A stretch of DNA of 54,830 nt, from the NCBI GenBank assembly GCA_000989765.1, contig LBOW01000011.1:1-54830 (forward strand), written 5' to 3'. The notes beneath the pieces are model-generated. The model worked only from the letters and a program-made list of their open reading frames with translations, was not told where the DNA came from and ran no database searches. Below, piece after piece: positions 45,703 through 54,829 of this stretch (position 1 is the first letter of the stretch; each line of letters opens with the position of its first letter). Source of the DNA: Candidatus Woesebacteria bacterium GW2011_GWB1_33_22 (GTDB lineage Bacteria; Patescibacteriota; Microgenomatia; UBA8517). The position numbers and the translations under genes are program-made.

Positions 45703-45940
45703 GGATCCACAAAATCAGTTATTTGTTGTTTTATTTTTCATTATTTTATTTATTGCACTTTTCCTTACATCTGCACTTGTTTTAGGAAATTCCAGAAGAG
45801 GGCTTATTGTTTCGATAATTTTAACTTTGTTTACCTTGTTTAGACTCTTTGGAATTGGTAACATCTTAAACTTCCTACTTCTTGTAGGGTTAGGAGTAAT
45901 AATAGAAAGTTATGCAAAGTTTACAAAAAGAAATAGTTAA
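45602..45940 (+). CDS. Small polytopic membrane protein
   Basis: Three to four TM segments. The ATG at 45602 is back to back (CATG) with the internal rmuC Met at 45603. Confidence 0.4.
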   Translation: MQRHNIILRRKNFLPSLIVITLLWSTLGFLVYFTDPQNQLFVVLFFIILFIALFLTSALVLGNSRRGLIVSIILTLFTLFRLFGIGNILNFLLLVGLGVIIESYAKFTKRNS

Positions 45941-46235
45941 AACATTTTTTCAAACTCTTGAAGATATTAAAACAAAAAGAGATTTTGAAATATTTTTTAG
46001 TGACTTTTTAACCCCAAAAGAGCTTGAAATTTTTTCAAAAAGACTAGCGGTTGCCTACTGGCTGAAGAAGGGCCGAAATTATGAAAACATCAAAAATAAT
46101 TTAAAGGTATCAACTAGGACAATTTCTGAGGTTAAAAAACTAATGGATACTCCTGGAATTAAATTAGCTTTAAAAAAAATGGAAGCTGAAGAATGGGCCA
46201 ATGTCTGGAGCGAGAAGATCAAAAAACTAGTATAA
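45912..46235 (+). CDS. TrpR-like / YerC-YecD family DNA-binding protein
   Basis: FLTPKELEIFSKRLAVAYWLKKGRNYENIKNNLKVSTRTISEV. Confidence 0.55.
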   Translation: MQSLQKEIVKTFFQTLEDIKTKRDFEIFFSDFLTPKELEIFSKRLAVAYWLKKGRNYENIKNNLKVSTRTISEVKKLMDTPGIKLALKKMEAEEWANVWSEKIKKLV

Positions 46236-46242
46236 TAGCTTC

Positions 46243-47604
46243 ATGGGTAGAAAATTTTATATAACTTGTGCTATTCCCTATGTTAATGCTAAACCTCATG
46301 TTGGGCATGCATTGGAATTTGTACAAGGTGATGTTATTGCCAGATATCACAAATTATTGGGTGAGGATGTAATTTTGCTTTCTGGTGGAGATGAGAATGC
46401 GCTAAAAAATGTACAGGCTGCAGAAAAAGCAAATGAGCCAATTCAGGAATTTGTTGATAAAAACAATAAGTTATTTGTCGAACTTACAAAAAACTTAAAC
46501 TGTGAGTTTGATATTTGGCAAAAAGGCAGTGATAAAGAGAAACATTTCAAATCCTCACAGAAACTTTGGGAACTTTGTAAAGATGATATCTATCAAAAAG
46601 AATACGAAGGCTTGTACTGTGTTGGTTGTGAAGCTTTTTATTCTCCAGAAGATTTAAACGAAAACGGAGAATGTTTTGAACATCCAGGCAAAAAACTAGA
46701 ATCAGTAAAGGAAAAAAATTATTTCTTTAAATTATCAAAATATCAAAAGGATTTAATAGATTTAATAAGTAAAGACAAATTAAAAATCTACCCCATTGAG
46801 CGACGGTCTAATGAAAGAGCTAAAAACTGGGGTGTGCCTGTCCCCAATGATGACTCACAAAAGATTTATGTTTGGTTTGATGCTTTAAACATCTATCAAT
46901 CAGGTATTGGTTTTGGCTGGGATGAGGAAAAATATAGAAAATATTGGCCCGCAGACCTTCATATAATTGGTAAAGGGATAACTCGATTCCATGCAGTTTA
47001 CTGGCCTGCATTTTTACTTTCAGCTGGACTTAAAATACCTAAGGCTTTGTTTGTTCATGGATATTTTACCGTAAACGGACAAAAAATGAGTAAAACTTTA
47101 GGAAATGTCATTGATCCAAATGAAATAATTGAAAAGTATGGAGCAGATGCATTGAGATACTATTTTTTAGCAAAATTTCAACCTTTTACAGACGGAGACT
47201 TCTCAGAAAGTAAATTAAAAGATGTCTATAATGCAGATCTTGCAAACGGTTTGGGTAATCTTGTTTCCCGTGTTGCAAAACTTTGCGAAAACTCAAAATT
47301 TGAATTTAAACTTTCCAGTCCTGAAATTTACCAACAAGTTTCAAACTCAATAAAAGAGTTTCGATTTGACAATGCCCTCAAATTTATTTGGGAAAAAATT
47401 ACTTTAGTAGACAAAGCGGTTAATAAATCAGAGCCATGGAAATTAAGTGGCGAGATTTTAAAAGAGACGTTGCAAAAATATTTATGTGAAATTAGAACAA
47501 TTGCTTTAAACCTAAAGCCTTTTTTACCTAATACTTCTGAAAAAATATTGGCAAATATAGGAAGTAACAGACCAATTTCTGAAGTCTTATTTCCTAGATT
47601 ATGA
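46243..47604 (+). CDS. metG: Methionyl-tRNA synthetase (compact, 453 aa)
   Basis: HVGH (HIGH), CVGCE...C.EHPG knuckle, YVWFDAL and KMSKT. Confidence 0.88.
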   Translation: MGRKFYITCAIPYVNAKPHVGHALEFVQGDVIARYHKLLGEDVILLSGGDENALKNVQAAEKANEPIQEFVDKNNKLFVELTKNLNCEFDIWQKGSDKEKHFKSSQKLWELCKDDIYQKEYEGLYCVGCEAFYSPEDLNENGECFEHPGKKLESVKEKNYFFKLSKYQKDLIDLISKDKLKIYPIERRSNERAKNWGVPVPNDDSQKIYVWFDALNIYQSGIGFGWDEEKYRKYWPADLHIIGKGITRFHAVYWPAFLLSAGLKIPKALFVHGYFTVNGQKMSKTLGNVIDPNEIIEKYGADALRYYFLAKFQPFTDGDFSESKLKDVYNADLANGLGNLVSRVAKLCENSKFEFKLSSPEIYQQVSNSIKEFRFDNALKFIWEKITLVDKAVNKSEPWKLSGEILKETLQKYLCEIRTIALNLKPFLPNTSEKILANIGSNRPISEVLFPRL

Positions 47605-49014
47605 GGAAGTTTATTATTAGACATGAAAAACAGGTCTTAAGGGCTTTTGAAATTTTACCTGGTTTTTTTTCTTGGAATATGATCTTGTTTCCCTACTGGG
47701 GAATATTTGTGTTTCCTAATTTTATTGCCTACTTTATCCTTCTTTTTAATGTTTACTGGTTTTATCAATCTTTTTTAGTTGCTATTACTTCAATTGTTTC
47801 TCATCTTAAAATACAAGCAGCTATTAATTACGACTGGATGGCTGACTTAAAGACTTTTAAAGATTTTAAAGATGTTAATCACTTAATAATTATTCCCACT
47901 TTTAAAGAACCATTACATATTTTAGAAAGAACCATTAACTCTTTAGTTGGTCAAACCTTTCCAACTAAACAAATTGCAGTTATTTTAGCAATGGAAGAAA
48001 AAGAATTGCCTGAGGACAGAAATTCTAAATTTGAAATTTTAAATTCTAAATTTGAGACACGCTGCAGTGTGGTTTAAAAGAAACTTCATTGAAAAGGACC
48101 AGTATGACATTAACTATTTGACTGTCACAAGTTGTGATGCTGATCATAAATATCATCCCAACCACTTTGCAAATTTAGCTTTTAAATTCTTGGATAACCC
48201 CAAAAGATATCGTACTTTCTGGCAACCGGCAGTTATGTTTTACAACAATATTTGGGAAATACCGGCAATTACAAGAGTTCCAAACACCTTAGGTTCAATC
48301 TGGAATTTATCGCAACTCCCTCGTAAAGATAGGCTTATAAACGCTCAAAATTATTCACTTTCTTTTAAGCTCTTAGACGAAGTTGATTATTGGGATGCAG
48401 ATAAAATTCCTGAAGATTGGGGAATATTTTTCAAAGCCTATTACAAAGTTAACGGTGGTCTTGAGGTAGAACCAGTTTACCTTCCACTGCATGCTGACGC
48501 GGCTCAGTCTTCTTCATTTTGGAAAACATTAAAAAATCAGTATGAACAATACAGAAGATGGGCTTGGGGTGCATCTGATGATTCTTGGATCATTAGAAAT
48601 TATTTATTGGACACTAAAATCCCCTTCTGGGACAAGACCACAAGATTAACCCATGTACTTTGGTCTCATTTTATGTGGCCAGTTAATTGGTTTTTAATTA
48701 CAATAGGATTAACCCTTCCTACACTCTTAAACCCTGCTTTTGGAAGGACAACGTTAGGGTTCATGGTTCCTAAACTTTCTTCCTACATCTTGACAGCTTC
48801 ACTTGTATTTCTATTATCACTCGTTTTTATAGACAATATTTATAAACCCAAAAGACCTGAAAATGTTTCTGTTTGGAAATCAATCCTTTTTCCCTTTGAA
48901 TTTATCTTAATGCCAATTGCTGGTTTTTTCTTTGCAGCGCTCCCAGGATTGGATGCACACACCCGCCTGATGCTTGGGAAATATATCCAATATAAAGTAA
49001 CGGAGAAAGTGTAG
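47601..49014 (+). pseudogene. Membrane GT2 processive-type glycosyltransferase split into two ORFs (47601..48077, 48052..49014)
   Basis: N-terminal TMs plus IIIPTFKEP in ORF 1. CDADH, EDWG and QYRRWAWG (QxxRW) plus C-terminal TMs in ORF 2. The frames change inside a period-7 array. Confidence 0.7.
48021..48055. repeat. Five heptamers (35 bp) at the GT2 frame break
   Basis: aattcta aatttga aatttta aattcta aatttga. Confidence 0.9.
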
Positions 49015-49055
49015 CTAGAAACTAGAATCTAGTAACTAGTATCTAGCTTCTATAA
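49014..49055. repeat. CTAG-type heptamer array between and overlapping two convergent stop codons
   Basis: gctagaa actagaa tctagta actagta tctagct tctataa. The outer units can pair (GCTAGA/TCTAGC). Confidence 0.85.
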
Positions 49056-49981
49056 AAATCAATTGTTCTCATAAGGCCGTCTGTAAGTTTTACTTTTGGT
49101 TCCCAATTAAGAAAGTCTCTAGCTTTTGAGATATCAGGGCATCGTTGCATTGGATCATCTGGTCTAAAAGTTCCTGAGTATATTACTTGTGATTTAGAAT
49201 TTGTTAAATCAACAATCTTTGTAGCAAGATCTGAAATTTTGTATTCTTCGGGATTTCCTAAATTAAATACTTCGCCTTTAGTACTTTCAACAAACATTGC
49301 TTTTTTGATTCCTTCAACCAGGTCAGTAACATAACAAAACGACCTGGTTTGACTTCCGTCTCCATCAATTTTTATTGTCTCTCCATGAAGAGCCCAATTT
49401 ATGAAGTTACTAACCACCCTTCCATCGTCTTTCTGCATATTAGGTCCATAAGTATTGAAAATTCTAATTATTCTGGCATCTATCCCATATTTGTTCAAAA
49501 AAACATAGGTCGTAGCTTCTGCAAATCTTTTGCTCTCGTCGTAGCAGGACCTGGGGCCAAAACTATTGGCATTTCCCCAATAGGTTTCTTTTTGTGGATG
49601 CTTTTCTGGATCCCCATATATTTCAGAGGTTGAAGCAATTAAAACTTTTGCCTTAGTATTTTTGGCTAAATTTAAAATATTAACTGTTCCTTGGGAATTT
49701 ACTAAAAGTGTTTCCTCAGGAAGATTTTGATAATCAATTGGGGAAGCTGGAGAAGCTAGATGAAACACATAGCGTATAGCGTCTAGCGAATAGCGTATAG
49801 GTTGAACAATGTCGGCTTCAATAAACTCGAAATTAGAATTACTTAATAAACCTTCGATATTTTGTTTATTTCCTGTGATTAGGTTATCAAGACAAATAAT
49901 TTTATATCCATCATCAAGGAGCGATTTGCACAGATGTGATCCAATGAATCCTGCGCCCCCTGTAACCAAACAGTTTTGCAT
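49043..49981 (-). CDS. UDP-glucuronate decarboxylase (UDP-xylose synthase)-type SDR
   Basis: VTGGAGFIGSH, SPASP, YDESKR and NTYGP, with overall UXS-like spacing. Confidence 0.8.
   Translation of the reverse strand: MQNCLVTGGAGFIGSHLCKSLLDDGYKIICLDNLITGNKQNIEGLLSNSNFEFIEADIVQPIRYSLDAIRYVFHLASPASPIDYQNLPEETLLVNSQGTVNILNLAKNTKAKVLIASTSEIYGDPEKHPQKETYWGNANSFGPRSCYDESKRFAEATTYVFLNKYGIDARIIRIFNTYGPNMQKDDGRVVSNFINWALHGETIKIDGDGSQTRSFCYVTDLVEGIKKAMFVESTKGEVFNLGNPEEYKISDLATKIVDLTNSKSQVIYSGTFRPDDPMQRCPDISKARDFLNWEPKVKLTDGLMRTIDFYRS
49768..49802. repeat. Degenerate heptamer array (TAGCG type) in the UXS gene
   Basis: catagcg tatagcg tctagcg aatagcg tataggt. Encodes PIRYSLDAIRYV. Confidence 0.85.
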
Positions 49982-50000
49982 ATGCTAGAATTATATCAGA

Positions 50001-51491
50001 ATGAAATCATTCTGGCATAAACTAATCTCCATTATTGATACACCACTTTGGTTAGAAATATTTTTTGCAGTATTACTTCTTCTTCGTATACCTTCGTTTT
50101 TTGAACCATATTACTATGGAGATGAAATGATTTATTTAGCTCTAGGTGAAGGCGTCAGACAAGGCATTCCCTTATATTCAGGATTACATGACAACAAGCC
50201 TCCTCTACTATACCTAACTGCAGCTATTGCTGGTAACTTGTTTTGGTTTAAAGTAATTTTAGCTTTTTGGAGTTTAATAACAGTTTATGGATTTTGGAAA
50301 TTAATTAACCATCTTTATCCAAAAAAAGAAAGCCTTCATAAAATATCTACAATAATTTTTGGCCTACTCACAACACTTCCTCTTCTTGAAGGTAATACTG
50401 TAAATGCAGAATTATTTATGATTGGACCTGTAATCTTTGCCTTCTGGATTATTCTTTCGAAAGTAAATAATTTTAAAAATTTGACTATTGCGGGTTCTTT
50501 ATTTTCTATTGCTGCACTTTTTAAAATCCCAGCAGCTTTTGATATTTTGGGAATAGTTATTTTTTGGTTGATTTATACCCGTTCGACAAGCTCAGGGCAA
50601 GTTTTTGAATTTATCAAAAAAAGTTTTTACTTGTTTTTAGGTTTTATTATCCCAATTGGCTTAACTTTTTTTTGGTATTATTTTGCAGGTAGTTTTAAAG
50701 AATATTTAATTGCAGCTTATTTACAAAACTTCGGTTATGTTAGTAGCTGGCAGAGAAGCGGTGTTAAGACTTCATTTTTGGTTAAAAACGGTCCACTCCT
50801 AATTAGAGCTGGAATAATGTTTATCGGCTTTTTGATTTTGTGGTTCTCTAGAAAAAAATTATCTAAAAATTTTATATTTGTGAGCACTTGGCTCTTGGCA
50901 ACACTTTTTGCAGTGACATTATCTGAAAGGCCATACCCGCACTACCTAGTGCAATCTGTAGGACCAATTTCAATACTATTAGGAATTATAATAACCAACA
51001 AAACCATTGAACAAAGCCTAACTGTAATACCCCTGGCTCTTGCCTTTTTTGTACCTTTCTATTACAAATTTTGGTATTATCCAACATCTACCTATTATCA
51101 AAGGTTCATAAATTTCTCCCTGGGAAAGATAGACAAACAAGCCTACTTTAATGGATTTTCACCAAACATTAATACAAATTATAAAATAGCAGATTTTTTA
51201 CATAAATCTGCCCAAAAAAATGAAAGTGTTTTTGTTTGGGGTAACGATTCAGCTGCAATTTATTCGCTATCCAAGAGACTACCCCCAATAAAATATGTTG
51301 CTGATTATCACATCAATGATTTTACCTCTAAAGAAGAAATTGGTAAGATTCTCGGAGAACAAAAACCCAAGTTCGTTGTTGTAACTTCAAATTCTCATTC
51401 ATTTCCAGAACTTTACAGGTTCTTGAATCAAAAATATTATATAATATCTGAGATTGACTCTTCCCAAATATGGCTTTACCTAAACAAATAA
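50001..51491 (+). CDS. GT-C membrane glycosyltransferase (ArnT/PMT_2-like)
   Basis: YYGDEMIYLALGEG ... HDNKPPLLYL loop, about 12 TMs and a C-terminal soluble domain. Confidence 0.65.
   Translation: MKSFWHKLISIIDTPLWLEIFFAVLLLLRIPSFFEPYYYGDEMIYLALGEGVRQGIPLYSGLHDNKPPLLYLTAAIAGNLFWFKVILAFWSLITVYGFWKLINHLYPKKESLHKISTIIFGLLTTLPLLEGNTVNAELFMIGPVIFAFWIILSKVNNFKNLTIAGSLFSIAALFKIPAAFDILGIVIFWLIYTRSTSSGQVFEFIKKSFYLFLGFIIPIGLTFFWYYFAGSFKEYLIAAYLQNFGYVSSWQRSGVKTSFLVKNGPLLIRAGIMFIGFLILWFSRKKLSKNFIFVSTWLLATLFAVTLSERPYPHYLVQSVGPISILLGIIITNKTIEQSLTVIPLALAFFVPFYYKFWYYPTSTYYQRFINFSLGKIDKQAYFNGFSPNINTNYKIADFLHKSAQKNESVFVWGNDSAAIYSLSKRLPPIKYVADYHINDFTSKEEIGKILGEQKPKFVVVTSNSHSFPELYRFLNQKYYIISEIDSSQIWLYLNK
50582..50601. 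repeat. GC-rich 20-mer, copy 2
   Basis: ttcgacaagctcagggcaag; encodes STSSGQ, as does its partner. Confidence 0.95.
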
Positions 51492-51832
51492 TAGATCCCC
51501 GATTTGAACGTTTGCCTTTGTTCAAATTAATAATTGTCACTATTGTCACAAATATCGTGGTTATTCTGCTTGGTATTTTGTCAAAAATTATCCTCCCCCC
51601 ACAAATTCCAATTTTCTTTGGGTTACCACAAACAGAAGAGCAACTTGCCCCAGCTTTATTTATCACCATTCCTCCGATTATATCTTTGATATTTGTTCTA
51701 ATTAATTCAATTATGGCTATAAATTTAGAAAGTAGTTATGTTAAAAAGTCTCTTGCTTTTGCATCACTTGCTGTAACACTACTTTCAACAATTGCCGTTT
51801 TTAAAATAATATTTTTAGTCGGCTCGATATAA
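51470..51832 (+). CDS. Small polytopic membrane protein
   Basis: 120 aa with three TMs; overlaps the upstream stop. Confidence 0.4.
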   Translation: MALPKQIIDPRFERLPLFKLIIVTIVTNIVVILLGILSKIILPPQIPIFFGLPQTEEQLAPALFITIPPIISLIFVLINSIMAINLESSYVKKSLAFASLAVTLLSTIAVFKIIFLVGSI

Positions 51833-51837
51833 ATAAA

Positions 51838-52863
51838 ATGGAAAGATTATTAAGCCTACTTATATACCCATTGGTAATTTCATCGTCAATTTCTTTCTTC
51901 CTAACTCCAGTAGTTATTAAATTCGCCAAGAGACTAAAAATAATTGATGATCCTAAAAAAAGCAACCACCCTAAAGTAATTCACACTAAACCTACCCCTA
52001 GGGGAGGTGGCATACCTATTTTTTTTGCAATCTTAACCACTACACTTTTGTTCATTCCTATAGATAAACATTTAATTGCAATACTAATGGGCGCTTTTGT
52101 TATTTTTGTCATGGGATTTTTAGATGATAGATACAACTTAAACCCATATTTACGGCTTTTCCTTGGACTTTTGGGGGCTTTAATACCAATTCTTTCGGGA
52201 ATTGGTATTTCTTTTTTAACAAACCCATTGGGAGGAATTATTGATCTTTCAAACCCTATTATTTCAGACATCTTTGCCCTTGTTTGGATAGTCTTCATGA
52301 TGAATATGCTAAATATGGGTGCAAAGGGTATTGATGGTCAATTATCAGGAGTAACAATTATATCAGCAATTACTATTACAGCCCTTTCTTTTACATATTC
52401 TGCAGATATTACCCAATGGTCAGTTATTATATTAACTTCAACGGTTGCGGGGGCATTTTTAGGTTTTTTCCCTTGGCACAAATACCCACAAAAAATTATG
52501 CCTGGCTATGGTGGAGCAACACTTGCGGGCTATATGCTTGCTATTGCTTCGATTCTTTCAACTACTAAGGTTGGTACTTTAATTGTTGTTTTAGGTATCC
52601 CTTTAATTGATACAAGTTATACGGTTTTGCGAAGAATTATTTCTGGCAAATCTCCAGTTTGGGGAGATAGAAGTCATCTTCATCACAAACTATTAGATTC
52701 TGGTTTCTCAAAAAAACAGGTTTCCCAAGTTTATTGGTCATTAACTTCAATCCTTGGAGTTCTTGCCCTAAATTTGAATAGTACATATAAGTTATATACA
52801 ATCATAGGTGTAGCCTTTGTACTAGGGGGTGTGATACTATGGTTAACTTACCGTTCCAAATAA
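51838..52863 (+). CDS. WecA/MraY-family polyprenyl-phosphate sugar-1-phosphate transferase
   Basis: KPTPRGGGI, GFLDDRYNL and the overall 10-11 TM topology. Confidence 0.8.
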   Translation: MERLLSLLIYPLVISSSISFFLTPVVIKFAKRLKIIDDPKKSNHPKVIHTKPTPRGGGIPIFFAILTTTLLFIPIDKHLIAILMGAFVIFVMGFLDDRYNLNPYLRLFLGLLGALIPILSGIGISFLTNPLGGIIDLSNPIISDIFALVWIVFMMNMLNMGAKGIDGQLSGVTIISAITITALSFTYSADITQWSVIILTSTVAGAFLGFFPWHKYPQKIMPGYGGATLAGYMLAIASILSTTKVGTLIVVLGIPLIDTSYTVLRRIISGKSPVWGDRSHLHHKLLDSGFSKKQVSQVYWSLTSILGVLALNLNSTYKLYTIIGVAFVLGGVILWLTYRSK

Positions 52864-53771
52864 TTTACGTTGCAAGACCAATTCATTGGGTTAAAAATTT
52901 TGCCCTCTTTGGCGCGCTTCTATTAACAGGGACTTTATTTGAAAAAGGATTATTTAAAGATGTCTTATTAGCTTTTATATCTTTTTCTTTCGCAACATCA
53001 GCCACTTATATTTTTAATGATATTATGGATGCAAAAGCCGATATCCTCCATCCAGTCAAGAAAAATAGACCAGTTTCTTCAGGAAAGTTGCCAGTAATTA
53101 TTGCAATTTTAGAACTATTATCTTTTCTTTTCCTATCATTATTAATTGCATTCGCCTTAAATGATCTTCTTTTTACATTGATTCTTTTTTACTTTGGACT
53201 TCAAGCTCTTTATAGTATTGGGCTTAAAAATATCCACGTTGTAGATATCTTAATAATTGCAACAGGTTTTGTATTAAGAGTCTATGCTGGAGCTTTTGTA
53301 ATTAATGCACATCTTTCTGTATGGTTTTTGCTTTGTGTTGTCTCAGCTTCACTATTTCTAGCTGCTGGAAAAAGAAGGGCAGAAATTAATCTTTTGGAGG
53401 CTGAGGAAACAAGAAAAAGTCTTTCTAAATATTCCAAAGAGCTTCTGAATAGCTATGTAACAATGTTTGGTAATGCTACTTGGATGAGTTGGAGCCTTTA
53501 TACTTTCTTTGAAAGTCCAAAAGCAGCACTTCCATTCTGGCTAGCACTTGCAGAACTATCAAGAGCAACAACCATAGACAAATTAATGATGTTAACAATT
53601 CCTGTTGTCATTTTTGGAATCATGAGATATGAAGCTTTAATTTTTGAAGGCAAATCAGAAGCACCTGAAAAACTACTTCTAACAGACAAGGCCCTATTGA
53701 TAGCAGTTGGCTTATGGTTAACGCTAGTTTACTGGATTCTTTATTCTGGTGTGTCTGTGAGTGGAATTTGA
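52839..53771 (+). CDS. UbiA-family prenyl-phosphate phosphoribosyltransferase (DPPR-synthase-like)
   Basis: RPIHWVKNF ... NDIMDAKADILHPVKKNRPVSSG, polytopic. Confidence 0.7.
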   Translation: MVNLPFQIIYVARPIHWVKNFALFGALLLTGTLFEKGLFKDVLLAFISFSFATSATYIFNDIMDAKADILHPVKKNRPVSSGKLPVIIAILELLSFLFLSLLIAFALNDLLFTLILFYFGLQALYSIGLKNIHVVDILIIATGFVLRVYAGAFVINAHLSVWFLLCVVSASLFLAAGKRRAEINLLEAEETRKSLSKYSKELLNSYVTMFGNATWMSWSLYTFFESPKAALPFWLALAELSRATTIDKLMMLTIPVVIFGIMRYEALIFEGKSEAPEKLLLTDKALLIAVGLWLTLVYWILYSGVSVSGI

Positions 53772-54589
53772 GACACAAATTCGCTAGATACCCACCCTTC
53801 ATTCTCACCAAATTGAATCTTGTACCATTTGTTGTTTTCTCCTGTATCAATTACATCATATTCTTCACCAGGTTTAACTTGTCCCACTTCTGGAAAACCT
53901 ATGCTAGAACCACTTCTAACTCTTAAGAATCCTACATCAGTTTTGTTAATTCTAACTCTAAACTTTATCTCATTTGATTCTGAAGCATCTGATGTGGTTT
54001 CAGGAACTGGTTCATTTGATTTTGCTAGTTTAATAGCTGCAGTTAACTTATGACCTTTATAAACCCTTATTGGAAGCTGTTTATCAAGATACCCTGTTGC
54101 AGAAACCAAAAGTGTATGGTCGCCAGCAGGAACACTAATTCTAATTGGTGTAAATCCATAGACTTTACCGTCGATTGAAACTTCTGCATTGTCTGGAATT
54201 GAAACTGTTGTGACAAATGATTCATAACTACTTGTTTTTTCAAATGAAACAATTGCACCACTTGAAAAATCATCATTTTCTCTAAAGTTTCTCTTTATTA
54301 TTGTTCTAATACCTGAAATTAAATTAATTTGTGTCTCATAATCATCAAGAATTATTCCTGTATTTGAAACAGGTTTGATTCTAACAGAAATTTCTCCTGG
54401 TTTTAGGTTAGCCTCATATGGAGTTGCCCCTACTTCTTTATTATCTATATATACAATTGAGGCAGGGTCGGATTCGATAAGAATTCCAGCATCCTCTGGT
54501 TTAAAAAAACCAACAAATAAAAGGATTGAAAAGCCCATCATAATAATTCCTAAAATTGTTAATCCTGTTGCAATAATCTTTTTCTTCAT
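53741..54589 (-). CDS. Membrane-anchored PEGA-domain protein with C-terminal SH3-like domain
   Basis: N-terminal TM and two PEGA-like modules (VYIDNKEVGATPY; VSIDGKVYGFTPI). C-terminus GEEYDVIDTGENNKWYKIQFGENEGWV. Confidence 0.65.
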   Translation of the reverse strand: MKKKIIATGLTILGIIMMGFSILLFVGFFKPEDAGILIESDPASIVYIDNKEVGATPYEANLKPGEISVRIKPVSNTGIILDDYETQINLISGIRTIIKRNFRENDDFSSGAIVSFEKTSSYESFVTTVSIPDNAEVSIDGKVYGFTPIRISVPAGDHTLLVSATGYLDKQLPIRVYKGHKLTAAIKLAKSNEPVPETTSDASESNEIKFRVRINKTDVGFLRVRSGSSIGFPEVGQVKPGEEYDVIDTGENNKWYKIQFGENEGWVSSEFVSQIPLTDTPE

Positions 54590-54638
54590 ATCGGCATAGA
54601 TAGTTTATCAGATTTTAAAATGGTACAATTAGGCTTAC

Positions 54639-54709
54639 GATCCGGTGTGAGAGAGGCTATCAGACGGTCTGCAAAACCGTTTACATGGGTTCGAATCCCA
54701 TCCGGATCT
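54639..54709 (+). tRNA. tRNA-Cys (anticodon GCA)
   Basis: Acceptor GATCCGG/CCGGATC. Anticodon stem ACGGT/ACCGT with loop CTGCAAA. T arm ATGGG-TTCGAAT-CCCAT. Short D stem with a G.A pair. CCA is not encoded. Confidence 0.85.
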
Positions 54710-54731
54710 CAGCTAAAAAAATTACCCAATA

Positions 54732-54829
54732 ATTGTGTAGGATCAGATACTTATTCGACATTGAATAATGTCAATTTCAACAGGAGTTAGTATGAAAAGT
54801 GAATTTGTGTGGGGTAAAATCAAACACCC
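54732..54829. repeat. Right arm of the 98-bp inverted repeat
   Basis: Exact reverse complement of 1..98. Confidence 0.95.

Noticed and set aside
49014-49055. Considered the CTAG array between convergent genes as a bidirectional intrinsic terminator
   Set aside because: Only an interrupted hairpin can be drawn (6 + 5 bp with a mismatch), and there is no U-tract on either strand.
26116-54599. Remaining short overlapping track ORFs (for example 26116..26337, 27686..28024, 29194..29466, 31035..31280, 33280..33825, 37211..38281, 40704..40919, 42271..42976, 44018..44224, 46820..47624, 49349..49633, 51328..51669, 51981..52298, 53498..54599 minor frames)
   Set aside because: They are embedded in larger conserved ORFs on the same or opposite strand and are typical AT-rich spurious frames.
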